The notes: a model not told the origin generated them from the sequence alone. A stretch of DNA of 51,611 nt from Syntrophomonadaceae bacterium (GCA_007129055.1 SKWE01000069.1:1-51611); one strand, 5' to 3'; shown: positions 19,886 through 30,198, counted from the first letter of the stretch. Made by a program: numbers and translations.

Positions 19886-21574
19886 TTGTCAAAAAAGAAG
19901 AATAATAAAACGCTACAGCTTATTCCGCTTGGCGGAGTAGGTGAAATAGGAAAAAATATGTTTGTTTTAAAATATGGCCAGGATTGTATAGTAATGGATG
20001 CCGGGCTTAAGTTTCCCGATGAATCTATGTTGGGAATAGATATTGTTATACCCGACATATCTTATTTGCAGGATCAGAAACTGAATATACTGGGTATTAT
20101 TCTAACACACGGCCATGAAGACCACATTGGCGCGCTGCCATATATTATGGACGAGATTGATGCCCCTATATACGGAACACGATTAACTCTTGGCCTGGTA
20201 AGGGCTAAATTTATGGAGCATCCAGGCGCAAATATTGAGATGCGCGAAATAAACCCGGAGCAGGATCTGGTACTCTCTGATAACTTTAAACTTGAATTCT
20301 TCCGGACTAACCACAGCATACCTGATTCTGTAGGAGTAGCTGTAGTAACACCGGAAGGCATTATTGTTTATACAAGTGATTTTAAGTTTGATCAAACTCC
20401 CGTTGACGGTAGAATCACAGACTACTTTAAACTTGCTGAACTTGGAAGACGGGGTGTGATAGCCGCTTTGTTGGATTCAACTAATGCGGACCGTCCAGGT
20501 TATACGCTCTCAGAAAAAGAGGTTGGCGATTCAATAAATGAAATTTTCAGGCTTTCACGCAGCCGGATAATTTTAGCTACTTTTGCCTCAAATATTCACC
20601 GGATTCAGCAGGTTGTCGATGCGGCTGTCCGCTATGACCGGAAAATTGGAATAGTTGGTCGCAGTATAGTGAACTCGGTTGAAATTTCTACAGAATTGGG
20701 TTACCTCAAAATACCGAAAGAAATTATTGTTGATATTGACAAGATTAAAGATGTGCCACATGAAAAAATGGCAGTAATAACTACCGGCAGCCAGGGAGAA
20801 CCTATGTCGGCTTTAACCAGAATATCCAAGTCAGAACACAGGCAGGTTGAGATATTTCCCGGCGATACCGTTATTATTGCGGCAACACCAATACCCGGGA
20901 ATGAAAAACTGGTTTCCAGGACCGTGAACAACCTATTCCAGCTTAAGGCAGATGTTATTTATCGACCTATATCCGGTGTTCATGTTTCCGGCCATGGTAG
21001 TGAAGAAGAAATTAAACTGATGATCAATCTATTAAGGCCTGATTATCTAATCCCTGTTCACGGGGAATACCGTCAGCAGGCTTACTGTTCTAAGATAGCT
21101 CAAAAGCTTGGTATTAAAGAGGAAAATGTTTTCCTGGTTAAACCGGGAAACGTAATGGAATTTAGTGACGGTAAAGGCCGGCAAGCAGGTTCTGTTTCAG
21201 CAGGAAGAGTCCTGGTGGATGGATTTGGAGTTGGAGATGTTGGTGAAGTTGTAATCAGGGATCGCCAGATGCTGTCCGAAGACGGTATTGTAATTGTTGT
21301 ATTAGCGGTTGATCAGGATAACGGCGTCGTTATGGCCGGGCCTGAAATAATAACCAGGGGGTTTGTTTATGTCCGGGAATCTGTAGATCTTCTGGAAGAA
21401 GCAAAGGTAGCCCTGACTAAGACAATTGATAAAATTAACAGCGATCAGTTACAGGAATGGAATAAAGTTAAAGCAAAAGTAAGGGATGCGGCTTCTTCTT
21501 TTTTCTATGAGCATACCGGTAGGCGGCCGATGATAATGCCAATTGTTATCGACGTATCGAATGAGCATAAGTAA
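19886..21574 (+). CDS. rnj: Ribonuclease J
   Basis: Metallo-beta-lactamase/beta-CASP protein with LTHGHEDHIGALP and LGGVGEIGKN. 562 aa. TTG start after GGAGG. Confidence 0.93.
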   Translation: MSKKKNNKTLQLIPLGGVGEIGKNMFVLKYGQDCIVMDAGLKFPDESMLGIDIVIPDISYLQDQKLNILGIILTHGHEDHIGALPYIMDEIDAPIYGTRLTLGLVRAKFMEHPGANIEMREINPEQDLVLSDNFKLEFFRTNHSIPDSVGVAVVTPEGIIVYTSDFKFDQTPVDGRITDYFKLAELGRRGVIAALLDSTNADRPGYTLSEKEVGDSINEIFRLSRSRIILATFASNIHRIQQVVDAAVRYDRKIGIVGRSIVNSVEISTELGYLKIPKEIIVDIDKIKDVPHEKMAVITTGSQGEPMSALTRISKSEHRQVEIFPGDTVIIAATPIPGNEKLVSRTVNNLFQLKADVIYRPISGVHVSGHGSEEEIKLMINLLRPDYLIPVHGEYRQQAYCSKIAQKLGIKEENVFLVKPGNVMEFSDGKGRQAGSVSAGRVLVDGFGVGDVGEVVIRDRQMLSEDGIVIVVLAVDQDNGVVMAGPEIITRGFVYVRESVDLLEEAKVALTKTIDKINSDQLQEWNKVKAKVRDAASSFFYEHTGRRPMIMPIVIDVSNEHK

Positions 21575-21664
21575 ATAACCGGGTTATGACAATGGTTGCC
21601 TGCACTGGATATATACTCAAGGTATGATGTGATTAACATGTTCGAAGCAAAACACGAAGCATTG

Positions 21665-21701
21665 CGGGCCGGTATTTAACTCTGTTGATTATACCGGCCC
21701 G
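21665..21701 (+). terminator. GC-rich 11-bp hairpin downstream of rnj (atypical terminator)
   Basis: CGGGCCGGTAT-15 nt-ATACCGGCCCG. No T-tract on either strand. Confidence 0.4.
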
Positions 21702-21807
21702 ATTCAATTAAACATCTGATGAAACAATACTCGTAAGCCAATGAATAAGATATTCTTGATGCAATGATATATTATCTGTTAGATAAAATACTGTAAAGAA
21801 AGGAAAT

Positions 21808-22695
21808 ATGTCGTTGAAAAGTTATAAATTCATTGTTAATCCAGTTGCCGGAGCCGGAAAAGCTTATTCTCTATTACCCAGGTTAAAAGAAATAATGAAA
21901 GAATCAGGAATAGATTATGATATATATGAAACCCGCGAACCACGGGATGCAATCGAATCAGCAAGGACAGCTGCCAAAGAAGGTTATGATATTGTTGTGG
22001 CAGTAGGTGGCGACGGAACGGTAAATGAAGTGCTAAACGGAATAGTTGGCACGAAAGCAACCCTCGCTGTAATACACGGGGGAAAGGGAAATGATTTTGC
22101 TACCGCCGTTAATATGCCAACTGAAATTAACCCTGCATGCAAAGCACTTATTGATGCTAACATCAGATCTATAGATCTCGGAAAAGTAATGGATCGCTAT
22201 TTTATAAATTCTGTAGGTATTGGTTTTGATGCAGCTGTAGCAGAGAGGGTTAACAGGGGTGTAAAACCCTTTAAAGGGGTTTCAGCTTACATTTATGCAG
22301 TTTTGGAAATGCTGATATCCTATCAAACAACTGATATGGAAGTGGACCTTGGAGATGGAGCTTTTGCCTGTCACCCCACACTGGTGGCAGTAGGTATAGG
22401 ACAGGCATATGGTGGCGGAATGAGAATTTTGCCGGACGCAATCCAGGATGATGGCTTGTTTGATGTCTGTATACTGGATAAAATGAAAAAACCATTTATG
22501 CTTTATCATTTTCCCAAGGTATTTAAAGGAAAGCTTAAACACTTAGAAGAATCAAATATGTTTCGGGCCCGGGAAATAAAAATTAAGCTAAACGAAGCAA
22601 GACCCATGCACCTGGAAGGAGAAATACTAAGAGGCGATTACATGCACTTCACAATTGAGGAAAAGGCGATGCCGGTAATCTTTGGACCGGGGTAA
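21808..22695 (+). CDS. Diacylglycerol/lipid kinase (DagK/YegS/BmrU family)
   Basis: DAGK catalytic-domain motif VAVGGDGTVNEV. 295 aa. Confidence 0.85.
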   Translation: MSLKSYKFIVNPVAGAGKAYSLLPRLKEIMKESGIDYDIYETREPRDAIESARTAAKEGYDIVVAVGGDGTVNEVLNGIVGTKATLAVIHGGKGNDFATAVNMPTEINPACKALIDANIRSIDLGKVMDRYFINSVGIGFDAAVAERVNRGVKPFKGVSAYIYAVLEMLISYQTTDMEVDLGDGAFACHPTLVAVGIGQAYGGGMRILPDAIQDDGLFDVCILDKMKKPFMLYHFPKVFKGKLKHLEESNMFRAREIKIKLNEARPMHLEGEILRGDYMHFTIEEKAMPVIFGPG

Positions 22696-22704
22696 TCGCG
22701 GCGC

Positions 22705-22733
22705 TTTACAAAAAAGAACATATGTTTTATAAT
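22705..22733 (+). promoter_or_regulatory. ftsK promoter (TTTACA-17-TATAAT) with an embedded LexA/Cheo-box-like palindrome AGAACATATGTTTT
   Basis: TTTACA at 22705-22710, GAACATATGTTT at 22716-22727, TATAAT at 22728-22733, 30 nt upstream of the ftsK TTG. Confidence 0.45.
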
Positions 22734-22763
22734 TGGTTAAACTTAATAATAGGTGGGTAATAA

Positions 22764-25100
22764 TTGGGAAGAAAGCGCAAAAAAGGCTTAAACAAAGCGA
22801 TGCGGCACCAGGTTAAAGGTATATTGATTCTTGCCCTGGCCCTATTTTGTTTTGTAGGCCTGTATTATACAGAGCAGGCTGGCGGTGCAGGGCACCTTGT
22901 TAACCGGTTTTTGCGTATGGTGGCTGGTAATGCGGCAGTGGCTTTACCTTTAATTATAAGTTTTTACGGAATAAGAATGGTAATACCAAGTAAAAAAGCA
23001 ATTGTAACCACCCGCCTGGCAGGCTTTTACCTACTCCTTGTATCGGCAATAATCTGGATGCACTTAAACCTGCTTATTGATATTGCCTCTTCTATACCTG
23101 GGGAAGGACTGTTCAGTGAAAGCATAGCCCGTGGCTTAAACCTGGAGGGTGGAGGGTTAATTGGCGGGCTTTTTGCCGCACTACTTATTTACTTACTTGG
23201 CCCACTGGGAAGTAGAATTATCGTAGTAACCTGCTTTATCATATCTGCGGTATTAATCCTAAATATTTCCCTCAGCATTTACTATAAAGCATTTTTAAAA
23301 ACCTTAAGAAAACTAACGAAGGGTTTTAGCTTTCTGTACTATGGCATAATAAAAATATTTAAATCATCATTCATATATTTACATGATAGCATTAGAAATT
23401 TGGTAAAAGAAAACAGGGAAAAACCTAAAGATGAAATACAGACCCCGGATGAAATAGGCGCACCTGGTACTGTAAATAACAACGATCCTGCCCCGATAAT
23501 ATCCGACGAAGTTGAAAAATCAGAACTGGAAAACTTTCATGCCAGCAGTAAAGATTACAGTAAAGAGAGTGCAGTCATTATTACTAAGCCTGAGAATAAC
23601 TCCGGTCTGCAAGAGGTTAACGGTCAGGAAAGACTTGAACAGAAAAGCATACCGTTTAGTGATGATTACCTGATTCCATCACTGGAATTGCTCTCACTTC
23701 CGCAGAAAGACCGAACCAACCAACACCAGAAAAGCAGCAAAGAAAGAGCAAAATTGCTTGAAACCACTCTATTAAGTTTTGGGGTGAGGGCAAAGGTAAT
23801 TCATGTTCAATCAGGACCAACGGTTACACGATTTGAAGTCCAACCCGAAGCAGGTGTGAAAGTGAGCAAGATTATTTCATTATCAGATGATCTCGCTCTT
23901 AACCTTGCAGCCCCGCTGGTGAGAATTGAAGCTCCAATTCCAGGTAAAGCAGCGCTGGGGATAGAAGTGCCAAATAAAGTTATTGATCTCGTAAACCTGC
24001 GCGAGGTAATAGAAGAAACAGCATACACTTGCAGCTCCTCAGAGCTTACTATCGGACTGGGAAAAGACATTACCGGAGATCCTGTAATAGCTGACCTGGC
24101 AAAAATGCCCCACCTGTTAATCGCCGGGGCAACCGGGGCAGGGAAAAGTGTATGCCTGAATACAATCATAACAAGCATCCTTTATAAGGCTGGCCCGGAA
24201 AAAGTTCGTTTTTTAATGATCGATCCAAAAGTAGTAGAACTGAGTGTATATAACGGAATACCGCACCTTTTAATGCCAGTCCTGACAGATCCGCGAAAAG
24301 CGGCGTTGGCTTTACGGAATATGGTTCGTGAAATGGGCCGCCGTTACGACTTATTCGCTGAATTGGAAGTTCGTGATATATCTACTTATAATGAAATGTC
24401 ACTAAAAGACAGTGACTTGGAAAAACTTCCTTATATTGTTGTCATTATAGACGAGCTTGCTGATTTAATGCTTGTATCACCGGGAGAAGTAGAAGACTCG
24501 ATTGCCCGGCTGGCACAAATGTCGCGGGCTGCAGGTATCCATTTAGTGGTTGCAACACAGCGACCTTCTGTTGATGTTTTGACCGGGATCATTAAGGCAA
24601 ATATTACATCAAGAATTGCCTTTACTGTTTCCTCGCAGTTTGATTCACGGACAATTTTGGACATGTCTGGCGCAGAAAAGCTGCTCGGCAGGGGGGATAT
24701 GCTTTTTTATCCTGTTGGCGCTGTTAAACCTTTCAGGGTCCAGGGAGCTTATATAAGCGAGATCGAGGTTAAGAAAATCACCGATTTCATCAAAGCGCAG
24801 GGTCAGGTAGACTATGAAGATTCCAGCGCTTTTCTTGAAAATAGTGAAGCTGAAAGTGAAGACGAAACAGATGCCCTCTTTGCAGAAGCGGTTGACCTGG
24901 TTGTGCGCACAGGTCAGGCTTCTATTTCATTGTTACAAAGACGCTTTAGAATAGGCTATACAAGGGCTGCCAGGCTGATCGATGATCTTGAGAGACGTGG
25001 CATAGTGGGCCAGTTTGAAGGTAGTAAACCGAGAGAAGTACTGGTAACACAGGAACAGGCAGCACAGATTTGCGAAGATTTTAACACCAGGGAGAATTAG
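22764..25100 (+). CDS. ftsK: DNA translocase FtsK/SpoIIIE
   Basis: N-terminal TM segments, a polar linker, the motor domain with Walker A GATGAGKS, and a C-terminal gamma (winged-helix) domain LLQRRFRIGYTRAARLID. Confidence 0.93.
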   Translation: MGRKRKKGLNKAMRHQVKGILILALALFCFVGLYYTEQAGGAGHLVNRFLRMVAGNAAVALPLIISFYGIRMVIPSKKAIVTTRLAGFYLLLVSAIIWMHLNLLIDIASSIPGEGLFSESIARGLNLEGGGLIGGLFAALLIYLLGPLGSRIIVVTCFIISAVLILNISLSIYYKAFLKTLRKLTKGFSFLYYGIIKIFKSSFIYLHDSIRNLVKENREKPKDEIQTPDEIGAPGTVNNNDPAPIISDEVEKSELENFHASSKDYSKESAVIITKPENNSGLQEVNGQERLEQKSIPFSDDYLIPSLELLSLPQKDRTNQHQKSSKERAKLLETTLLSFGVRAKVIHVQSGPTVTRFEVQPEAGVKVSKIISLSDDLALNLAAPLVRIEAPIPGKAALGIEVPNKVIDLVNLREVIEETAYTCSSSELTIGLGKDITGDPVIADLAKMPHLLIAGATGAGKSVCLNTIITSILYKAGPEKVRFLMIDPKVVELSVYNGIPHLLMPVLTDPRKAALALRNMVREMGRRYDLFAELEVRDISTYNEMSLKDSDLEKLPYIVVIIDELADLMLVSPGEVEDSIARLAQMSRAAGIHLVVATQRPSVDVLTGIIKANITSRIAFTVSSQFDSRTILDMSGAEKLLGRGDMLFYPVGAVKPFRVQGAYISEIEVKKITDFIKAQGQVDYEDSSAFLENSEAESEDETDALFAEAVDLVVRTGQASISLLQRRFRIGYTRAARLIDDLERRGIVGQFEGSKPREVLVTQEQAAQICEDFNTREN

Positions 25101-25152
25101 GAAAATTAATATATCAAAGCCTCTTTACAAGCTTAATAGCAACAGCCAACTC

Positions 25153-26490
25153 TTGAAAAAAAGTCCTAAAATAGCCGCAGTATCATTAGGATGCGATAAG
25201 AACAGGATAGATACGGAAACGATACTTCATTACCTGGAGAAACGTGGTTGTTCTATAATTGAAGATTACAGAGATGCGGATCTTGTGATTATTAATACCT
25301 GTAGCTTCATAGATGATGCAAGACAAGAATCTATCAATACCCTTTTAAAACTTAGCCAAAGTATTGATCCCAGCAGAACGAAGCTGGTTATGGCCGGCTG
25401 CATGGTTGAAATATACGGCAATAAGTTGATCAGTCAACTGGAAGAACTTAGCGGTGCTATTGGCGTTCACAGTTATAAGCATTTGAATACCTTCCTTAAA
25501 GCACTTCTTGCAGGGAAAAGACTCACGATAAAAAGAAGGCCGGCGAAAAAATACTTTGCTGTTTCAGTAAGGCTTTTAACAGTTTCACCTCATTCCGTAC
25601 CTGTAAAAATAGCGGAAGGATGTGATAATCACTGCAATTACTGCCTGATACCCTGTATTCGCGGAAATTACCGCAGCAGGCCGCCTGAAGATATAGTAAA
25701 GGAGATAGCTTTACTATTGAACAAGGGAACGAGAGAAATATCACTTATTGCCCAGGATACAACTGCATATGGCATGGATAACGAAAACTATCCGGATCTC
25801 ACGGGACTGATCAAGATGATTATGGAGTTGAAACACAATTTCTGGCTGAGAGTGATGTACGCCTATCCATCCAGGATTAATGATAGTTTGATAAATTTAA
25901 TAGCATCCGAAAAAAGAATATGCAACTATTTAGATATCCCGCTACAGCATGTAAATGATCAGGTTTTAAAATATATGGGCCGCGATTACAGCAAAGCCGA
26001 AATATTGATGTTAATAACCAGGCTAAGAGCGATGGTCCCGGGAATTTCGTTGCGAACCACAGTAATGATAGGGCATCCTGGCGAAGATAAAAAGGCTTAT
26101 GACGAGCTAATCAGATTTGCTGGTGAATACCGACTTGAAAACCTTGGCTCTTTTATTTACTCTGCCCAAAAAGGTACAGTTGCTTATGATATGCAGGATA
26201 GTGTGCCTGCAAGGGTTGCAAAAAAGAGACGGCACAATTTAATGACTAAACAAAAAGCAATATCGCGCAGTTTAAACCGGAAATATATTGGGAAGATATA
26301 TCCTGTTTTAATTGATGGTCCGTTCAAAAATGCCGGTAACTGTTATATCGGCAGAACCGCTTTCCAGGCTCCTGAAGTTGATGGAATTGTTGTTGTCAAA
26401 TCACGGAAGCTTTTAAAACCCGGTGAATTTATCAAGGCGAAAATTTGTGCTAACTCAGCCTACAACCTATTAGCTGTGGCAATTATATAG
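25153..26490 (+). CDS. rimO: Ribosomal protein S12 methylthiotransferase RimO (radical SAM MTTase)
   Basis: N-terminal SLGCDKN, radical SAM CDNHCNYC, and a C-terminal TRAM domain with GRTAFQAPEVDG. Confidence 0.88.
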   Translation: MKKSPKIAAVSLGCDKNRIDTETILHYLEKRGCSIIEDYRDADLVIINTCSFIDDARQESINTLLKLSQSIDPSRTKLVMAGCMVEIYGNKLISQLEELSGAIGVHSYKHLNTFLKALLAGKRLTIKRRPAKKYFAVSVRLLTVSPHSVPVKIAEGCDNHCNYCLIPCIRGNYRSRPPEDIVKEIALLLNKGTREISLIAQDTTAYGMDNENYPDLTGLIKMIMELKHNFWLRVMYAYPSRINDSLINLIASEKRICNYLDIPLQHVNDQVLKYMGRDYSKAEILMLITRLRAMVPGISLRTTVMIGHPGEDKKAYDELIRFAGEYRLENLGSFIYSAQKGTVAYDMQDSVPARVAKKRRHNLMTKQKAISRSLNRKYIGKIYPVLIDGPFKNAGNCYIGRTAFQAPEVDGIVVVKSRKLLKPGEFIKAKICANSAYNLLAVAII

Positions 26491-26514
26491 AACAAAAGGT
26501 TTGGAGGTAATACA

Positions 26515-27747
26515 ATGCAAGCCGACCTGATCTGTATCGGCAATGAACTGCTTACAGGATTAATCGAAAATACTAATGCCGGTTTCCTCTCCAGGCGTTT
26601 ATGGGCCTCGGGAATATCGGTCAGGGAATCAGTCGTAGTTGCTGATGATGAGAATGCGATTAAGGATGCGCTCGAAAGGTCACTTGGCAATAGTGAAATT
26701 GCTATCTTAACCGGAGGTCTTGGGCCTACGGATGATGATTTAACCAGGGAAGCGGTAGCAGGTATCTTAGGTTTACCGATGGTTTTAAATGAAGACTGGC
26801 TTATAAAAATGGAAAGTTTCTTTACTAAACGCGGAATTAAAATGCCGGAGGGAAATAAAAAACAGGCAATGATTTTAAGTGGCAGCAAAGTGTTGCCGAA
26901 TAAAAGAGGCACTGCGCCGGGTGCCATAATTGAATTGCGGGGGAAAATAATTATTTTACTGCCCGGGCCACCTGCTGAATTAAAGGAAATGTTTGATCAC
27001 CAGGTACTACCATACCTTGTTTTGAATAATCATGGTGTACAAAAAAAAGTTAAAACTTTAAAATGTATTGGTTTGGGAGAATCAATGTTAGAAGAAACAA
27101 TAAAAAACATTGGCAAATGGAATTATCCACCACTATCTTATGTAGCAAAAGGATATGAGGTAAACCTGCAGATTAAGGCAAGCGGTGATTCAGAAGAAGC
27201 GAATGCCGCGATACAAGGAGCAGAAACAATTCTCAGGGAAACCCTTGGCGATTATATCTTTGGCAGCGACGAAGATACTATAACCAGTGTTGTAGCAAGT
27301 ATGCTCTTGTCGGGAAAATTAACTTTATCCGTTGCTGAATCTTGCAGTGGTGGCCTGCTTTCAGATATGATTACAGACATACCAGGTAGTTCCGGTTATT
27401 ATTTAGGTGGTATAATTGCTTATTCAAAAAGGGCAAAAAGTGAATTGCTTAAAATTGATCCTGGCTTAATAGAAGAAGAAGGAGAGGTAAGCAAACCTGT
27501 TGCTACTGCCATGGCTGAAGGAGTGCGCACTCTTTTTCAATCAGATTACGGAGTTGGAATTACAGGATACGCCGGGCCTGAAAGTGGTAAATTAAAAGAA
27601 GATACAGGTCTGGTATATATAGCTGTTTCAAGTCCGAAAGAACTAGTTTGTAACGAATTTTACCTGGGCGGTGGAAGAAGGGGAGTGAAAGAAAGAGCTG
27701 CACAGGTTGCATTTGATATGCTGCGTAAGGTACTGATAAAGTGCTAA
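26515..27747 (+). CDS. cinA: CinA (competence/damage-inducible protein; MoCF-binding plus PncC-like domains)
   Basis: MQADLICIGNELLTG...TGGLGPTDDD N-terminal domain and a C-terminal AESCSGG deamidase domain. Confidence 0.9.
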   Translation: MQADLICIGNELLTGLIENTNAGFLSRRLWASGISVRESVVVADDENAIKDALERSLGNSEIAILTGGLGPTDDDLTREAVAGILGLPMVLNEDWLIKMESFFTKRGIKMPEGNKKQAMILSGSKVLPNKRGTAPGAIIELRGKIIILLPGPPAELKEMFDHQVLPYLVLNNHGVQKKVKTLKCIGLGESMLEETIKNIGKWNYPPLSYVAKGYEVNLQIKASGDSEEANAAIQGAETILRETLGDYIFGSDEDTITSVVASMLLSGKLTLSVAESCSGGLLSDMITDIPGSSGYYLGGIIAYSKRAKSELLKIDPGLIEEEGEVSKPVATAMAEGVRTLFQSDYGVGITGYAGPESGKLKEDTGLVYIAVSSPKELVCNEFYLGGGRRGVKERAAQVAFDMLRKVLIKC

Positions 27748-27778
27748 ATATTTATAAATGGGAGAAAGCAACTATTTG

Positions 27779-28348
27779 ATGAGATTATTTATTGCACTTA
27801 AACTGTCAAAAGAACAGCAACATGCAGTTGGAGTAATGCAAAGCAGGCTTAAAGATTACGTGAAGGGTGTGAAGTGGGTCCGGCCAGAGAACATGCACCT
27901 CACCCTGAAGTTTTTAGGTGAAATTGACAGCTACAATGTCGGATTAATTAAAGAGGCACTTGAAAAAGCAGCAATTACTTTTGAGCCATACCAGTATGCT
28001 TTCAGAGGTACAGGTGTTTTTCCTCATCCCGGTAAACCGCGCGTGCTTTGGCTTGGAATGCAAAAGGGCCGAAAAGAAACAGCTGAAATTGCTGAAAAAG
28101 TAGAGTCCCATTTGACTGAAATGGGGTATGCTAAAGAGAGCAGGGAATTTTATCCCCATTTAACATTGGGCCGTTTAAGAAACCCAATAGAAAAACAAGT
28201 GTTAAATCGTTTTTTAGAGGAAGAGAAGAACTTCACAACCCCATTGGCAGAAGTAGATGAAATTGTTTTATATCAAAGCATTTTAGACAGTAATGGCGCA
28301 CGATACAAAGAAATATTTAAATTGATATTACAAAAAAGATATACTTAA
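27779..28348 (+). CDS. thpR: RNA 2',3'-cyclic phosphodiesterase (2H family, ThpR/LigT)
   Basis: Two H-x-T-x motifs (HLTLKF, HLTLGR). MRLFIAL is a typical family start; the ORF track starts at 27758. Confidence 0.8.
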   Translation: MRLFIALKLSKEQQHAVGVMQSRLKDYVKGVKWVRPENMHLTLKFLGEIDSYNVGLIKEALEKAAITFEPYQYAFRGTGVFPHPGKPRVLWLGMQKGRKETAEIAEKVESHLTEMGYAKESREFYPHLTLGRLRNPIEKQVLNRFLEEEKNFTTPLAEVDEIVLYQSILDSNGARYKEIFKLILQKRYT

Positions 28349-28449
28349 CTTTGGCAATTATTAAAGTCAATTACAGATAAACAGAAGGAATATGTTTTTA
28401 AAAAAAGAAGTATACTGCAAAATGAACCCGTTAGAGGAGGTAAACTTAA

Positions 28450-29487
28450 TTGGAAAAAGAAAAAGCACTAGAGGCAGCACTGGTACAGATTGAAAAGCAG
28501 TTTGGCAAGGGTTCTGTTATGAAACTTGGTCAGGACGCAGTTACAGAAATTGCATTTATTCCAACCGGCAGTCTTACACTGGATGCGGCTCTTGGCGTTG
28601 GAGGAGTACCCAGGGGCAGGGTGGTAGAAATATTTGGTCCTGAATCTTCCGGTAAAACTACCGTAGCGCTGCACATAATTGCGGAAGCACAAAGTAGAGG
28701 CGGTTTTGCAGCTTTTATTGATGCTGAACATGCGCTTGATCCGCAATATGCAACTAACCTGGGCGTCAATCTAGATGACCTGCTGGTTTCACAGCCGGAT
28801 ACAGGAGAGCAGGCTTTGGAAATTGCTGAGGCGCTTGTACGCAGCAATGCGATAGATGTTCTGGTTATTGACTCGGTAGCAGCTCTTGTCCCCCGGGCTG
28901 AGATTGAAGGCGAGATGGGGGATTCACATGTTGGTTTACAGGCCAGGTTGATGTCACAGGCCCTTCGGAAGTTATCAGGGGTAATAAGTAAATCGAGAAC
29001 AAGCGCCATATTCATAAACCAGATAAGGGAAAAAGTCGGCATTATGTTTGGTAATCCTGAAGTAACTCCCGGTGGGAGAGCATTAAAATTTTACTCTTCA
29101 GTAAGAATGGATGTCAGGAGAATCGAATCTTTAAAAATAGGTTCGGATCAAATAATTGGAAACAGAACAAGAGTTAAAGTAGTTAAGAACAAGGTGGCGC
29201 CACCATTTAAAGTTGCAGAGTTTGATATCCTATACGGTAAAGGTATATCCGCAGAAGGCTCAATAATTGATCTTGGACTGGAGCACAACGTTATCGCCAA
29301 AAGTGGAGCATGGTACTCTTACGGTGACGAGAGGCTTGGGCAGGGACGCGAAAATGTAAGGGAATTATTGAAAGAAAATGTAGATTTAAAAAGGGAAATA
29401 GAATTAAAAGTACGGGAAGCGGCGGGCCTTCCTGTCCCGGGAAGCAGCAATGGGAAAGATGTGCCTGAAGAAAAAATCACCGAATAG
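28450..29487 (+). CDS. recA: Recombinase RecA
   Basis: [19 protein letters not shown] and Walker [19 protein letters not shown] with TTG start. Confidence 0.98.
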   Translation: MEKEKALEAALVQIEKQFGKGSVMKLGQDAVTEIAFIPTGSLTLDAALGVGGVPRGRVVEIFGPESSGKTTVALHIIAEAQSRGGFAAFIDAEHALDPQYATNLGVNLDDLLVSQPDTGEQALEIAEALVRSNAIDVLVIDSVAALVPRAEIEGEMGDSHVGLQARLMSQALRKLSGVISKSRTSAIFINQIREKVGIMFGNPEVTPGGRALKFYSSVRMDVRRIESLKIGSDQIIGNRTRVKVVKNKVAPPFKVAEFDILYGKGISAEGSIIDLGLEHNVIAKSGAWYSYGDERLGQGRENVRELLKENVDLKREIELKVREAAGLPVPGSSNGKDVPEEKITE

Positions 29488-29513
29488 TATTACAAATTGC
29501 AGGTACCTAAAAG

Positions 29514-29981
29514 ATGGATGAAATTAAAAATAGAAAAGCACTAAGTCTTGCTATCAAATACCTGACTTACAGGCAGCGCAGCGAAGCTGAACTAATAAAC
29601 TATCTTGATCGGAAAAGTTTTGGAAACAAGGTCATCAATTATGTTTTAAATGAAACAAAGCAATATGGCTATATTGATGATTTAAAATACACACAGGATT
29701 TTATAAGTTCACGCCAGCGCAAGGGACATGGATTTAAAAGAATACGCTATGAATTGCAGCAAAAAAACATTGATGGAAATATCATTGATGAAGCGATTGC
29801 TGAGTATTTTGATCCAGCAGATGAACTGGAAAGAGCAAAACACCTTATAGAGAATAGAAAACGCAAATCAAACGAAGCAGATGAAAAATGGATAAAGCGT
29901 CAGGCGGCTTTTTTACAAAGACGCGGTTTTGATAATAATATTGTTTACAAGGTATTAAAAGATTACAATCCTTCAGAGTAA
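29514..29981 (+). CDS. recX: RecA regulator RecX
   Basis: 155-aa helical-repeat protein directly after recA, with ALKYLTYRQRSEAEL-type repeats. Confidence 0.88.
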   Translation: MDEIKNRKALSLAIKYLTYRQRSEAELINYLDRKSFGNKVINYVLNETKQYGYIDDLKYTQDFISSRQRKGHGFKRIRYELQQKNIDGNIIDEAIAEYFDPADELERAKHLIENRKRKSNEADEKWIKRQAAFLQRRGFDNNIVYKVLKDYNPSE

Positions 29982-29988
29982 TCTTACC

Positions 29989-30017
29989 TTGACATAATTT
30001 AGTATTCAGTCTACAAT
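29989..30017 (+). promoter_or_regulatory. Strong sigma-A-type promoter (TTGACA-17-TACAAT) downstream of recX
   Basis: TTGACA at 29989-29994, a 17-nt spacer, TACAAT at 30012-30017. Confidence 0.55.
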
Positions 30018-30023
30018 TACTAA

Positions 30024-30198
30024 GGAATAGTAGTTATTTAATTGTTAGTCTGGCACATAAATGATTAAGAGATGGCCCGGCGCGTAGGGCGCTGAGATAG
30101 ATTAAAATAGCATATAATCTTTCTTTCAGGTTTTGGTATAAGTATACCTATTTCCTGGTCATTCTCTTTTAAGCTGTGTCACAGACACAGCTTGTTTT
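30024..30198 (+). ncRNA. Structured RNA of about 175 nt from promoter to terminator: candidate rny 5' leader (attenuator/riboswitch-like) or independent sRNA
   Basis: Long-range helix 30065-30077 with 30157-30172. Hairpins at 30078-30094 and 30127-30157 (inner GGTATA-AG-TATACC). A terminator abuts the helix. No family recognised. Confidence 0.4.
30171..30198 (+). terminator. Intrinsic terminator 50 nt upstream of rny
   Basis: AAGCTGTGTC-ACA-GACACAGCTT (10 bp) followed by GTTTTATTAT. Confidence 0.75.

Noticed and set aside
21638-21679. 13-codon ORF (MFEAKHEALRAGI) overlapping the GC hairpin, as a possible leader peptide
   Set aside because: It has no RBS, no regulatory codon run, and no downstream terminator/antiterminator logic.
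26460-26927. 155-aa minus-strand ORF spanning the rimO/cinA junction
   Set aside because: It is antisense to two well-supported genes, has a low-complexity Ser/Pro/Leu composition, and has no start context.
28381-28449. A LexA box upstream of recA
   Set aside because: Only GGAATATGTTTT (the right half is shared with the ftsK site) and GAAGTATACTGC are present. Neither satisfies GAAC-N4-GTTC/T, so I cannot call an operator from sequence alone.
28530-29042. 170-aa ORF antisense to recA
   Set aside because: It lies fully inside the highly conserved recA frame. It has no RBS, and its Ala/Ser/Thr/Arg-rich composition is typical of a mirror-frame artefact.
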